Below, piece after piece: positions 1 through 9,427 of a stretch of DNA of 64,000 nt. This stretch comes from Gammaproteobacteria bacterium (GTDB taxonomy: Bacteria; Pseudomonadota; Gammaproteobacteria; GCA-001735895): the NCBI GenBank assembly GCA_041688005.1, contig JBDNJA010000183.1:7952-71951 (forward strand), given 5' to 3'. A program made the position numbers and the translations under genes. Each line of letters begins with the position of its first letter. Position 1 is the stretch's first letter. The notes under the pieces were generated by a model. The model was not told the DNA's origin. It saw nothing but the letters and a program-made list of their open reading frames with translations, and ran no database searches.

Positions 1-378
1 TTAGGTGATGACTTAGTACTTTGTGCTGGGTTTGAGCGTGGAGAATGGAGAAATGATCAATTAGCAGACCATGTGATGGAGTGGCTGCCAGAGTTTGCTT
101 TGAGTCATTCAGAATTGAACGAGATCAGCCATCATAATGCCTTAAAGATGACAAAAAAGGCGGCTAAAATTGTTTACCAAACTGAAAGATATGGTTCTCG
201 TGGTGAATTTGGTGAAATATTACTTCATATTGCAATACGGCAAGTTTATACAACAATTCCTGCGGTTAGTAAGATTTATTACAAAAGCACGGTAAACGAA
301 ACGGTTAAAGGATTTGATTCAGTACATGTGGTAAGAAAAGATGATGGGCTTGAGTTGTGGATTGGAGAGACTAAATAG
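1..378 (+). CDS. hypothetical protein, 5'-partial (runs off the window start); C-terminus ends in a D...E-T-K arrangement resembling a PD-(D/E)xK nuclease motif
   Basis: Open frame from position 1 to the stop at 376-378; balanced protein-like composition; C-terminal ...DSVHVVRKDDGLELWIGETK. The nuclease motif is inferred by eye only. Confidence 0.4.
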   Translation, partial: LGDDLVLCAGFERGEWRNDQLADHVMEWLPEFALSHSELNEISHHNALKMTKKAAKIVYQTERYGSRGEFGEILLHIAIRQVYTTIPAVSKIYYKSTVNETVKGFDSVHVVRKDDGLELWIGETK

Positions 379-446
379 TAATTTTTTTGTGATCTGTTTT
401 TGTGCTCCTCGACAATAGCTCCTCGATAACTGCTCCTGCGCTATTC

Positions 447-512
447 TAATTAGTTACATCCCTGTAACGATGCATTGTTCTAATTAGTTATATCCATGTA
501 ACGATGCAAAAC
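447..512. repeat. Two tandem ~33-bp direct repeats (ttctaattagtta[c/t]atcc[c/a]tgtaacgatgca), preceded by three ~14-bp GCTCCTCGAyAAyw units (405-446)
   Basis: Read directly in the sequence, between the stop of the first ORF and the IS-like remnant. Confidence 0.7.
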
Positions 513-548
513 AGGCATACATACCATCCATGGTTAATCAATCGGTTA

Positions 549-942
549 ATGCCGAAGGTGGATCGCTTCCACCTGAGAGGGTAAGCGCTTTAGGCAGAAA
601 TACCGGGGTATTGGGGCGCAGGGCGATATCGAATCCCCACCGCCTGATGGGCAACAAAGAAACGGAAAGCGGGGTCGATTGTAGCGAACTAAGTCCAGAG
701 CATTGCTAGAGAGGCTGCGCCTGTTTTTGGATGGCGCTCTCCGCTTTATGGTCGTTGCCGAGGTTCCGTTTACGAATGATCTTGGAGAAAATAATATTCG
801 TATGACCAAAGTTCAACAGAAAATATCAGGTTATTTTCGCTCAATGAAAGGGGCTAAAACCTTTTGTTTGATATGTGGCTATTTATCAACATGCCGAAAA
901 CAGAAAGTTAAGTGCCAGCGAATCCTTAAGGGCGCTTTATGA
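549..942 (+). pseudogene. Degraded ISL3-family (possibly IS66-like) DDE transposase remnant
   Basis: Frame at 549 encodes MPKVDRFHLRG* (the DRFH motif is typical of ISL3 transposases). Frame at 703 encodes ...VPFTNDLGENNIRMTKVQQKISGYFRSMKGAKTFCLICGYL..., resembling the ISL3 C-terminal TNGxxEGxNNKIKxIKRxxYGYRNxxNF...CGGL motif. The pieces lie in different frames with stops, so the element is non-functional. Confidence 0.5.
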
Positions 943-999
943 TGCAAAACTATCTAGCATATTTAGGATGGGTGCTGAATAGTTATCTTATACTTTGAA

Positions 1000-1953
1000 T
1001 TAAAATGGCTGTTTTGCCGACGTAATTAATAATTCTGCGATAGATTCCATTGCTGTATTTTTAAGTCCTTCTTTATTTTCAGCAGCACTATTGTAGTTGG
1101 TATTGGTATTAATATCGTACACCAATAGCTCGCCCTGTGGGTTTTCAATAAACTCAATACCGGCAATATCTATTTTTGTATTATTTAAAAAATACTCTAA
1201 TTTTTCAATAAGTGGATGTTGGTCATAATCGTGAATTATTTCAAATTTACTTTCTGGTTTAGTACTTGAAAAAAGAGGGTCGGGTATTTCACAAACATCT
1301 GCAGGGCACAACTCAAATCCAGATTCAGTATTGACCTTTACTGTGTATAAAAATTTTCCCCCGACAAACTCTGCTCGAGTAATATAGGACTGTTCTGATT
1401 TAATGTATTCCTGTATTAACCAAGTACCATCGAGAGGTTCTTCATATTCTTTGCTATTTAAGAAGTTTTCCAATTCACCAATACTTCGAATTAACTTAAC
1501 CCCTAACCCCTTTCCACCTCTATTAGGCTTGATAATAAAAGGCAATTGATTAAACTTACATGCTGCCATCACAAGCTGAGACTTACCAATAGCAGCTACA
1601 GTTTCTGGTGTTGGTATATTATTTTGATGCAAGCTACAATATTGAGAAAACTTATCTACTTCATAATAAATCGCCCGAGAACCGTTAAACACTTTACGGT
1701 CATGAAGCTCTAACCAATTAATTGTTGCCCTTGTTAATTCTGGAGCAAACCGATTACCACGAGTATGAGAGGATGCGCTCATTCGGTTGTAAAAAATTCC
1801 TTCAGGTGGTTTTTCATTTAAAGCAACCGAACCTTCATTTAAAAACCACTCTTTTGCCGTAACATCTCTGTCTGAGAATGCTTTTCTTAAAGGCACAAGC
1901 CATTCATCATTTTCGTGAATAATATAAATATCTTTCATAGGTAGCCTATTCAA
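1000..1953 (-). CDS. ATP-grasp domain protein (RimK/glutathione-synthetase-like ligase)
   Basis: 317 aa; GGKGLGV glycine-rich loop and ATP-grasp-like layout; gene is about 35% GC, far below its neighbours. Confidence 0.6.
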   Translation of the reverse strand: MNRLPMKDIYIIHENDEWLVPLRKAFSDRDVTAKEWFLNEGSVALNEKPPEGIFYNRMSASSHTRGNRFAPELTRATINWLELHDRKVFNGSRAIYYEVDKFSQYCSLHQNNIPTPETVAAIGKSQLVMAACKFNQLPFIIKPNRGGKGLGVKLIRSIGELENFLNSKEYEEPLDGTWLIQEYIKSEQSYITRAEFVGGKFLYTVKVNTESGFELCPADVCEIPDPLFSSTKPESKFEIIHDYDQHPLIEKLEYFLNNTKIDIAGIEFIENPQGELLVYDINTNTNYNSAAENKEGLKNTAMESIAELLITSAKQPF

Positions 1954-1961
1954 TTTTAGTT

Positions 1962-2670
1962 TTAGTGTATATATTTATATATGACACCTAATTGTACTCT
2001 TTTAAAGGCTATGTTTGACGATGTTGTCGAAACGCGCTGCATAACATGCCCCATGACATGCTGAGAACCGTCTATTGGCAACAACGCAATGTCGATATCC
2101 CCAAGCGCTTTCCATATCTCGTCGGGCGGATTGTGGCGATTGTCACCCCAATGCACGATCCTAAGCCCCCCCTGTCTCGATCACAATAAGACAGTGATCC
2201 CATGATCGTGGATTGTTGGGCGGCTCAATATCGGTATTATGAAAATCTTTGTGAAATTTCTTAAAGTCATAAAGTGCGCAACTGGAGTCAGTTTCGTGCT
2301 TATCGGCCAATCCGTAAATGGTCATATCGCCGAATCGATACATACCAATTAACCGATCGAGAAGTACATGCGCGTCCAGACGATGCAAAGCATCGTGGTC
2401 GAAGTGGGCATGCGTTGAAATACCTATATCGACCTCCGTGATCGGGAAGTCATGAAAATACCAGTCCCAGGCCCGAGAAGGGTGATTACGCCAAGGATCA
2501 ATCATGACACTGACTCCTCCGGGAGATTTAATTCTGAAGGCAGAGCTTCCAAAAAAAGAAACTTCAACCGGGCCGTCTTTAGGGGGAGCCGCATTGGCTT
2601 GCAGTTCGATCATTCGGTTGTGGTTGGACGTCATCTGCCATGCATTCAACCCGGTATCAATATCTGTCAT
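1962..2670 (-). pseudogene. Metallo-beta-lactamase-fold hydrolase, split by a frameshift at a C7 homopolymer (about 2164-2172)
   Basis: ORF 2161..2670 carries the HxHxDH-type motif (ISTHAHFDHD). ORF 1962..2156 carries the matching C-terminal MBL segment (DIDIALLPIDG) in another frame. They are separated only by the poly-C run. Confidence 0.6.
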
Positions 2671-2744
2671 AAATCTGCCTGTCTTCGATGTGATTATCGT
2701 TCAAAGCATGCTCTCGGCCAGAGAGAACTTCCATGATAACGTCT

Positions 2745-3344
2745 TTAGTCTTTTCCTAGGTCTGGATGCTCGGGTAAACTCGCTTCGGTGACGCCGTGGG
2801 CCAGAAGATCCTCTATTACACCATCCTCCATACCGATTTGCATTGCATCGTTGAAACGATTGAAAAACCCACAAAGTGAAATGCGTAGCGTCAACTCCAC
2901 AATTTGTTCTTCACTAAAGTGCGACTTCAAATCATCAAATATCTGATCCCGCATATATTGCGGCTTATTGGTTACTTGAACCGCATAATCCCGAACCAAA
3001 TGATCCAGGGCATCGAACCCCGGAACCTGATCAGCGAGGATATTTTCAACCGACTCGAGCGTCAGGCCCTGATCGACCAGACGTGGAGTATGGTGGGCTA
3101 CACAATAAGTGCATTCATTAATTTTGGAAACCACCACAAGGGCTATTTCTAGGGATCGCTTCGGCAGAATTTGCTCCTCGGCGAGGTCGAGCAACAGTCC
3201 CATGATATTTTTTAATGCTGGTGGTCGATGGGCGAATACCCTTGCCTGATTGATGAACGGACCGTAGTCGCTAGAAAATCGGCGGTAAATATCCCGAGCT
3301 TCGCCGGATACCTCATTAATTTCAACATCTCTTACACGTGCCAT
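2745..3344 (-). CDS. Carboxymuconolactone decarboxylase (CMD/AhpD-like) family protein
   Basis: CxxxH-type motif ECTYCVAHH; start chosen at MARVRDV (cat at 3342-3344) with an AAGAGAG RBS; the longer listed ORF has an implausible N-extension. Confidence 0.65.
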   Translation of the reverse strand: MARVRDVEINEVSGEARDIYRRFSSDYGPFINQARVFAHRPPALKNIMGLLLDLAEEQILPKRSLEIALVVVSKINECTYCVAHHTPRLVDQGLTLESVENILADQVPGFDALDHLVRDYAVQVTNKPQYMRDQIFDDLKSHFSEEQIVELTLRISLCGFFNRFNDAMQIGMEDGVIEDLLAHGVTEASLPEHPDLGKD

Positions 3345-3424
3345 GTTACTTAGCTCTCTTATGGTTAGGATGGCCCAGTGCGGAAATTTCTGCACCGGAA
3401 CATCGATTGAAACAGTTTTATGGG

Positions 3425-4645
3425 TTAGCTTTGAATACGTTCGATAGTGACATCCTGCCCATCTCTGATTTCCCAAAGCTGGAAATGACGAGCCTTGATC
3501 ATGCCTTCGTCATCGAAATCGATTTCCGAACTGGCACCGGTATAATTGATTGCCTTACCGGCACGAAGGAGTTTAATACCTTCCAAAACATCCCAAACTC
3601 GCTCACCATTGGGGTTGGAAACCTTCCATATGTGTTTGGCTGCTTCGTTGGCATCATCAGTGCCCGCCGACTCCATGGCGAGTAGTAGAGTACTGATCTG
3701 ATCCATACCGGCAGTCCCGAAAGGGTGTTGCATGTTGCCAGTATCCTCCAAGCCCTGTAGTTTGAGATAAAATTTGTAAGCTTCGCTTTCCAGTGGGGGC
3801 ACGGGCAGGCCATGCAAAATACCGTTGGCCGCATCACCGATCGCTTTTTTGAACTTCGAACCGGTTGCAATTGAGACAGTGAATACTTTTCCTTCGTAAC
3901 CCGCACGGTATAATTCTTTATAAACAGCCGTAAAGTCAGTCACATAACTAGGAATGAAGACCGCTTTAGGGTCGTCCTCGATCAGTTTCGCCACTTCGGC
4001 ACGATAGCTGGCTTGCCCACCATTGTAGTAAAATGGTTTGTTCACAATTTCGGCACCGCCTGCAGTCACTGTCTCTACGAAACTATTAACCATGGAACTA
4101 GTGAAATCATTATTCAAAGCCATGATCGCGAAGTTTTTATAACCGTTGCTAAGTGCCAGGTCAGCGATCGCCTTACCCCAGCGTGGTGAAAGAGCCTGAA
4201 AGTTGAAGACCAACCCTTTTTTATCTTTGGCAGGAATGTCGGCAGAAGATGACGTACACATCTGGATGACATTAGCTTCCTGACAAAGCGGCATGATACC
4301 CAGAGTGACAGATGATGAAAAGGTGCCGATAATGGCTTTGACCTTGTTTACGTCAACCAGTTTACGAGCCGCGCGAATCGCTGTTTCCGGATTGGTTTCC
4401 GAATTATTCTGAAATAACTCGACTCGACGACCTAGTATGCCACCCGCTGCGTTGACCCGATCAACAATTGATTTATGGGCCGCAGTGATTGTGGGGCCAA
4501 AGGGTCCGCCACCACCGGTGTTCGGTGTCAGGCTGCCGATGTTGATCGGGCCGTTGGCCCAGACCAGATTTGGAATGAAAGCCGTTGTAAATACCGTTGC
4601 TGCGGTTGCCTTCAATATTGTTCTACGCGTATGCTTTATAGTCAT
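3425..4645 (-). CDS. ABC transporter substrate-binding protein, HAAT/LivK family, with a Tat-type signal (RRTILKATAA)
   Basis: 406 aa type-I periplasmic binding fold of the branched-chain amino acid binding family; twin-arginine leader. Confidence 0.75.
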   Translation of the reverse strand: MTIKHTRRTILKATAATVFTTAFIPNLVWANGPINIGSLTPNTGGGGPFGPTITAAHKSIVDRVNAAGGILGRRVELFQNNSETNPETAIRAARKLVDVNKVKAIIGTFSSSVTLGIMPLCQEANVIQMCTSSSADIPAKDKKGLVFNFQALSPRWGKAIADLALSNGYKNFAIMALNNDFTSSMVNSFVETVTAGGAEIVNKPFYYNGGQASYRAEVAKLIEDDPKAVFIPSYVTDFTAVYKELYRAGYEGKVFTVSIATGSKFKKAIGDAANGILHGLPVPPLESEAYKFYLKLQGLEDTGNMQHPFGTAGMDQISTLLLAMESAGTDDANEAAKHIWKVSNPNGERVWDVLEGIKLLRAGKAINYTGASSEIDFDDEGMIKARHFQLWEIRDGQDVTIERIQS

Positions 4646-4687
4646 TTAATACTCCTCGGTTTTGGTGATAAAGTTAAAAAAATATCG

Positions 4688-5611
4688 TTAATTTACTCGG
4701 GTCGTTTTAATGCCTACCGGAGCCTGAAATTTTGGTTCGGGGAGTAGCCCCTGTGGTCGAAAACGAATCACCAAAATCAATAGAACCCCAATGAATATAA
4801 TTCGGATCGCCGAAAGGCTTTCAGCGTCAACAAAGGACACGAAATCTCCAAGAAACCGCGAACCTTCCAGAATCAACATGACAACCCCGGCTCCGATAAG
4901 GAGCCCATTGTTATTGCCTGCTCCGCCAACGATTACCGACATCCATATAAAAATGGCTACCATCGGAACGAAATGATCGGGGCTAATGCTTTGCACGTAG
5001 TGGGCGTAAAGCGCGCCTGCAATACACATAAACATGGAGCCTATGGAGAACACCTGTACACGATAGAAAAAAGCGTTCTTACCCAGCGTTTCTGTAACAA
5101 CATCGTCTTCGCGTATGGCACGCATTACTCGACCGTAAGGTGCCCGACGCATTTTTTCCACAATGAAATAGACGATAAGAACGGTAAGCGCGACAATGCC
5201 CAGATAGAAAATGCCGTATTCGTTTCGATCGAAGGATTCTGACATAGGACGAACATCAATGGACAGACCACGCGGACCACGAGTGAGCCAGTCTTCATTC
5301 AGCAAGAATAAACGTACAATCTCGGCAAACCCCAAAGTAACGATAGCCAGATAATCACCGCGCAAACGAACCGACAGCATTGAAAGGAATGCACCTGCCA
5401 CCAGGCCCATCAGCCCAGCCGACGCTACTCCGGCAAGAAATGGAAAGCCTACATAGACGGTTAACAATCCGCTGGTATAGGCGCCCATGCCAAAAAAACC
5501 GGCAATACCGAAATTCACCATCCCGGTGAGACCCCATTGAAGATTCAATGCGAGGGCAAGAATCATGTAAAAGCCGACAAATGTTGCGATTGAAATCAGA
5601 TAAGCGCTCAT
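4688..5611 (-). CDS. HAAT-family ABC transporter permease (LivM-like)
   Basis: 307 aa polytopic membrane protein in operon position with the LivH/LivG/LivF homologues. Confidence 0.75.
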   Translation of the reverse strand: MSAYLISIATFVGFYMILALALNLQWGLTGMVNFGIAGFFGMGAYTSGLLTVYVGFPFLAGVASAGLMGLVAGAFLSMLSVRLRGDYLAIVTLGFAEIVRLFLLNEDWLTRGPRGLSIDVRPMSESFDRNEYGIFYLGIVALTVLIVYFIVEKMRRAPYGRVMRAIREDDVVTETLGKNAFFYRVQVFSIGSMFMCIAGALYAHYVQSISPDHFVPMVAIFIWMSVIVGGAGNNNGLLIGAGVVMLILEGSRFLGDFVSFVDAESLSAIRIIFIGVLLILVIRFRPQGLLPEPKFQAPVGIKTTRVN

Positions 5612-5620
5612 GATGTTCCG

Positions 5621-6481
5621 TTATTTTTTGATTTCTGGCTGGCCGAACAAGCCATGTGGACGAAAAAATAAGAGCAGGGTGATAATAACGAAGCCGACCC
5701 CCACCTTGTATGAAGGTTCGAAAAAATGTCCGGTCAGCTCTTCAGCAATACCAACGAGAACTGCGCCCACCATAGCTCCATAGGGAGATCCGATACCACC
5801 GAGAATCGCAGCGGCAAATACCGGAATGGTCAGTGACCAGCCCAGTTGTGGCTCGATCACTAAATCGACTCCTGCGAATACCCCGGCAAGTCCAATAAGT
5901 GCGCCGCCCAGCAGCCAAGTCGCACCAATCACGCGATTGGTATTGATGCCACGCACCTCTGCCAGAGCGAAGTTATCGGAAGTTGCTCGCATGGCCTTTC
6001 CCAGGCGGGTGTATTTGAGCAGAGCATGAACCAGAAGCATAGCCACAATCGCGGTGCCGATGATCCACAATTGATCTGGAGTGAACTTGATACCAGCAAA
6101 TTTAATGGGTCTTTCGAGCGGCAATTCAAAGCCACGAACGTCGTTTCCATAAAATAGCCGGATAATATTTTCGACAATCATGCTGAGGGCGATGGATACA
6201 ATCAGTAATGAGATAGAATGGCTTTCCCGCATCGCTTTGAAAATAATCACATCAGACAACCACATTGCCACCGAGGTAAATGCCATAGCTCCAATGGCCG
6301 CTACCCATATGGGAGCACCAAAAGTGACATTGAGTGTTAAAGCGATGAAAGCGCCGACAGTCATGAATGTACCTACGGCAAAATTGGGAAAACGTAATAT
6401 TCCGAACAACATGGTGAAAGCGATGGCTGGCAGAGCGATAATCGCTCCATCCATCAGGCCGTAAAAAAGTATCTGCCCCAT
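5621..6481 (-). CDS. HAAT-family ABC transporter permease (LivH-like)
   Basis: 286 aa; N-terminal resemblance to LivH (MGQILFYGLMDGAIIALPAIAFTMLFGIL). Confidence 0.75.
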   Translation of the reverse strand: MGQILFYGLMDGAIIALPAIAFTMLFGILRFPNFAVGTFMTVGAFIALTLNVTFGAPIWVAAIGAMAFTSVAMWLSDVIIFKAMRESHSISLLIVSIALSMIVENIIRLFYGNDVRGFELPLERPIKFAGIKFTPDQLWIIGTAIVAMLLVHALLKYTRLGKAMRATSDNFALAEVRGINTNRVIGATWLLGGALIGLAGVFAGVDLVIEPQLGWSLTIPVFAAAILGGIGSPYGAMVGAVLVGIAEELTGHFFEPSYKVGVGFVIITLLLFFRPHGLFGQPEIKK

Positions 6482-7194
6482 CAGTCGGTAACCCCAAGAT
6501 AAAGGTGGCGAACCTCAGTATCGTTCAGCAGGGCCTCTGCGGTATCAGCGAGTTTGACTTGCCCACCCGCCAGTACATAACCCCGGTGCGACATTTTGAG
6601 TGCCTGGATAGCGTTTTGCTCAACCATATAGATTGCGACACCGTCAGAATTGACATCGCATATTATCTGAAACATTTCCTCTACCAGTTTGGGTGAAAGC
6701 CCAGCTGAGGGTTCATCGAGTAAAAGTATGTTTGGATCAGCCATTAAAGCCATACCCAAAGCGACCATTTGACGCTGCCCGCCTGAAAGGTTACCCGCAG
6801 TAGCATTACGCCGCTCCTTAAGTGGGGGAAATAGTTCGTAAACTTTTTCCAGTCGCGCTTTCTTGCCAGGTTTGGATATCCAGTCACCCAAATCAAGATT
6901 TTCCTGAACGCTTAACTTGCGAAATACATTTCCCTCCTGAGGTACGTAGGACATGCCCAGATGGGCAACATCAGATGCTCGCAAATCCGCCGTTGGTTTG
7001 TTGTGCAAGTGGATGCTACCTTCACGAACCTTTACCAGCCCAGCGATAGTTTTGATCAGGGTGGACTTCCCTGCGCCGTTCGGTCCGATTACAGTTACGA
7101 TTTCTCCCTCGTCGACATGCATATCGACGCCCTTGATAATGTCATTTCCACCATAGCCAGAAAAGACGCCTTCAACTCTCAGAATACTGCTCAC
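6481..7194 (-). CDS. ABC transporter ATP-binding protein (LivF-like)
   Basis: Walker A GPNGAGKST, signature LSGGQRQ, 237 aa. Confidence 0.8.
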   Translation of the reverse strand: MSSILRVEGVFSGYGGNDIIKGVDMHVDEGEIVTVIGPNGAGKSTLIKTIAGLVKVREGSIHLHNKPTADLRASDVAHLGMSYVPQEGNVFRKLSVQENLDLGDWISKPGKKARLEKVYELFPPLKERRNATAGNLSGGQRQMVALGMALMADPNILLLDEPSAGLSPKLVEEMFQIICDVNSDGVAIYMVEQNAIQALKMSHRGYVLAGGQVKLADTAEALLNDTEVRHLYLGVTD

Positions 7195-7982
7195 GAACTC
7201 ACCCCCAGATAGGCTTCCATCACCTTTGCATCATGAGTAACCTGATGAAAACTGCCTTCAATCAAATGCCGCCCCTGGGCCATTACTACGACGTGGTGGC
7301 ATAGTGCTTTGACCAGTTCCATATCGTGCTCGACAATTAAAAAAGTCTTGCCGGTTTCCTGGTTCAGCTTTGCAATCGTTTCCATCAACAGGCCCATCAA
7401 GGATGGGTTCACTCCGGCTGCAGGTTCATCCAGAAGAATAAGATCAGGATTAATCATCAATGCTCTTGCCAGTTCAAGAAGCTTTTTTTGGCCACCAGAC
7501 AAATTTCCTGCATATTCATCACAAACATGTGTCAGTTTGACCATATCCAGAACTTCACGAGCGCGGGTGAGTATTTCCTGTTCCTGTAACCGAATAGCTG
7601 CAGGTCGAGTAAAAACAGGGATCAGCTTCTCTCCAATTTGGTTTTGCGCTGCCAGCATAATGTTTTCGAGAACTGTCATGCCTGACATCTCCCTCGATAA
7701 CTGAAAGGTGCGAATCATCCCCTTGCGTGCAATTTTATAAGGTTTCAACCTGGTAATGTCTTCTCCGAACAGTAACGCCTCGCCGTGGTCAGCACGGATA
7801 ACACCTGAAACCAAATTAAAAAGTGTCGATTTGCCTGCGCCATTTGGACCGATCAATCCAGTAATAGTACCGCGTTGTACCTTTAACGACATGTCATCGA
7901 CGGCAACTAACCCACCAAATGCTTTACTGAGACCACGGCACTCCAGTACTGAGTCCTTATCATCGGGCCAGGGCTGTGTAGT
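7191..7982 (-). CDS. ABC transporter ATP-binding protein (LivG-like)
   Basis: Walker A GPNGAGKST, signature LSGGQKK. Start reassigned to MTTQPWPDD, because the listed 314-aa ORF would overlap the tetR gene by about 90 bp. Confidence 0.75.
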   Translation of the reverse strand, partial: TTQPWPDDKDSVLECRGLSKAFGGLVAVDDMSLKVQRGTITGLIGPNGAGKSTLFNLVSGVIRADHGEALLFGEDITRLKPYKIARKGMIRTFQLSREMSGMTVLENIMLAAQNQIGEKLIPVFTRPAAIRLQEQEILTRAREVLDMVKLTHVCDEYAGNLSGGQKKLLELARALMINPDLILLDEPAAGVNPSLMGLLMETIAKLNQETGKTFLIVEHDMELVKALCHHVVVMAQGRHLIEGSFHQVTHDAKVMEAYLGVSS

Positions 7983-8046
7983 CATACGCGGGGGCCCTTT
8001 GAAAAAGCAATTCGTCGCCATAAAAACAAAATAAAGTTGAGCACTA

Positions 8047-8676
8047 TCATGCTGCCAGCGTGGATTGTTGCTGAATAAGAATTGATATCGCTTTCTTCCA
8101 GTCCAGAAGTGACTGATTTGTAATGGCTGGGTCACGGGAATAGATCGATTGCACGGCCAGTCCCCGTAAAAAAGACAGCGTCATATTGAGAAGACTGCGG
8201 GAATCTTCCTGGCTCATCCCGGTCGCAGTAAAAATCTTGCCTCCTATCTTTTCGTAGCTGTCAAATAATTGCTGCGCTCGTTTTACTAAAGGATCGTGCA
8301 AAGCAGGATCACCTCGGCTAGCAATAACCATTTCGAGTGAAGAAAATATATTACGATTATTGAAGATGCGGTGCCACATTTCATCCACAACCTCGGTGAC
8401 ATTCAACTGACCATTTTTTGATGATTCGGCAATATTCCTGAGATCTTCTTCAATCTGGCTCCAGATTTGATCGACGACATCCAGTAGGAGATCATTTTTG
8501 CCTTGATAATGGTGGTTCAAGGCGCCTCGGGTCAAGCCGGCTCGTCGGGAAATCTCGGTCAGCGTTGTATGTCCATAGCCTATCGTAGACAGGCACTCCA
8601 AGGCAGCACTACGAAGACGCTGACGGGTGTCACTGCTTCTTTGCGACTGCATGCGACGTGCGATTTGCACCGCCAT
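8047..8676 (-). CDS. TetR family transcriptional regulator
   Basis: N-terminal HTH (...GYGHTTLTEISRRAGLTRGALNHHYQGKNDLL) typical of TetR/AcrR regulators. Confidence 0.8.
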   Translation of the reverse strand: MAVQIARRMQSQRSSDTRQRLRSAALECLSTIGYGHTTLTEISRRAGLTRGALNHHYQGKNDLLLDVVDQIWSQIEEDLRNIAESSKNGQLNVTEVVDEMWHRIFNNRNIFSSLEMVIASRGDPALHDPLVKRAQQLFDSYEKIGGKIFTATGMSQEDSRSLLNMTLSFLRGLAVQSIYSRDPAITNQSLLDWKKAISILIQQQSTLAA

Positions 8677-8718
8677 TTACGTCTCCTGATCCATATCTTA
8701 GATCTCCATGGTTAATTT

Positions 8719-8744
8719 ACATACATACATGGATGTATGTATGT
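8719..8744. promoter_or_regulatory. Perfect 12-bp inverted repeat ACATACATACAT-gg-ATGTATGTATGT; candidate TetR operator
   Basis: Read directly; lies 43 bp upstream of the tetR start, in the divergent region. Confidence 0.5.
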
Positions 8745-9427
8745 TTTATCATAACTTGAAGGTAATTGCAAAATTCTGGAGACGAGCAAATATATTAGCT
8801 AAACAACACCAATAAAAAAGAGTGACTGGCCCACTCACTGGTTAAAATGAGGAGCGAAAAAAACAATCACTCGGGCCGGATTTTAATGAATCAGACACGC
8901 ACCGAAGCGTGCCTACTAAGACTAAGTCAACAATAAAGGACAGGCTCTCAATGTTCTGTCAACGCTTAACCATTACCATTACTGACAACCGTCCATGACT
9001 CGGGGTTCTGGCGGCTTGCTAGACCTTACCTGATAAAGGACTTTCACCTTCAATCTTCTGCCGATTTATCTCGGCGAACTGTCTGTCCCTTTTTTTACTC
9101 TTTATCCTACTATCATTAAAGCAGTGTGATTTTAGATAGGACAATGGTGCGTTAGTAGTTTGAATTATAGTGAAGCAATGCGGGGCGAATCTTCATAAGC
9201 TTCGGGTTGTAGCACTCAATGGGTGATGGACTTGTGTGGTGCAAACCATTATGCAGGAAAATACACACCATGTTTATCGCCTAATGTATCACTTCGCAAA
9301 GCGTGTTATAAGTAACATTCTTATCGTTCAAAAAAGACCAGAAATAGAAGGGGGAGAGAAATCCAAGATTCCCGTGAACCCCTGAAAAGAAGCGGTAATG
9401 TGATTATTTAATCTAAGGAGAAAGGAG

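Noticed and set aside
400-520. Tandem repeats considered as an integron attC site or CRISPR array
   Set aside because: Only two 33-bp units with no spacer/repeat alternation; no RYYYAAC/GTTRRRY core sites; no cas genes or integrase nearby.
546-702. Structured-looking GC-rich stretch (GGTGGATCGCTTCCACC hairpin, ATCGAATCCCC) considered as a tRNA/tmRNA-like or retron ncRNA
   Set aside because: No cloverleaf or CCA-compatible acceptor can be built; the stretch translates into ISL3-like transposase fragments (VDRFHL), so it is better explained as IS decay.
3345-3476. N-terminal extension of the CMD-family ORF (listed as 243 aa)
   Set aside because: CMD/AhpD proteins are about 180-200 aa; the internal Met has an RBS; the extension overlaps the stop region of the upstream SBP gene.
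7983-8135. N-terminal extension of the LivG-like ORF (listed as 314 aa)
   Set aside because: It would overlap the convergent or divergent tetR coding region by about 90 bp; the internal Met before the conserved ABC N-terminus (MTTQPWPDD...LECRGLSKAFGG) gives the canonical length.
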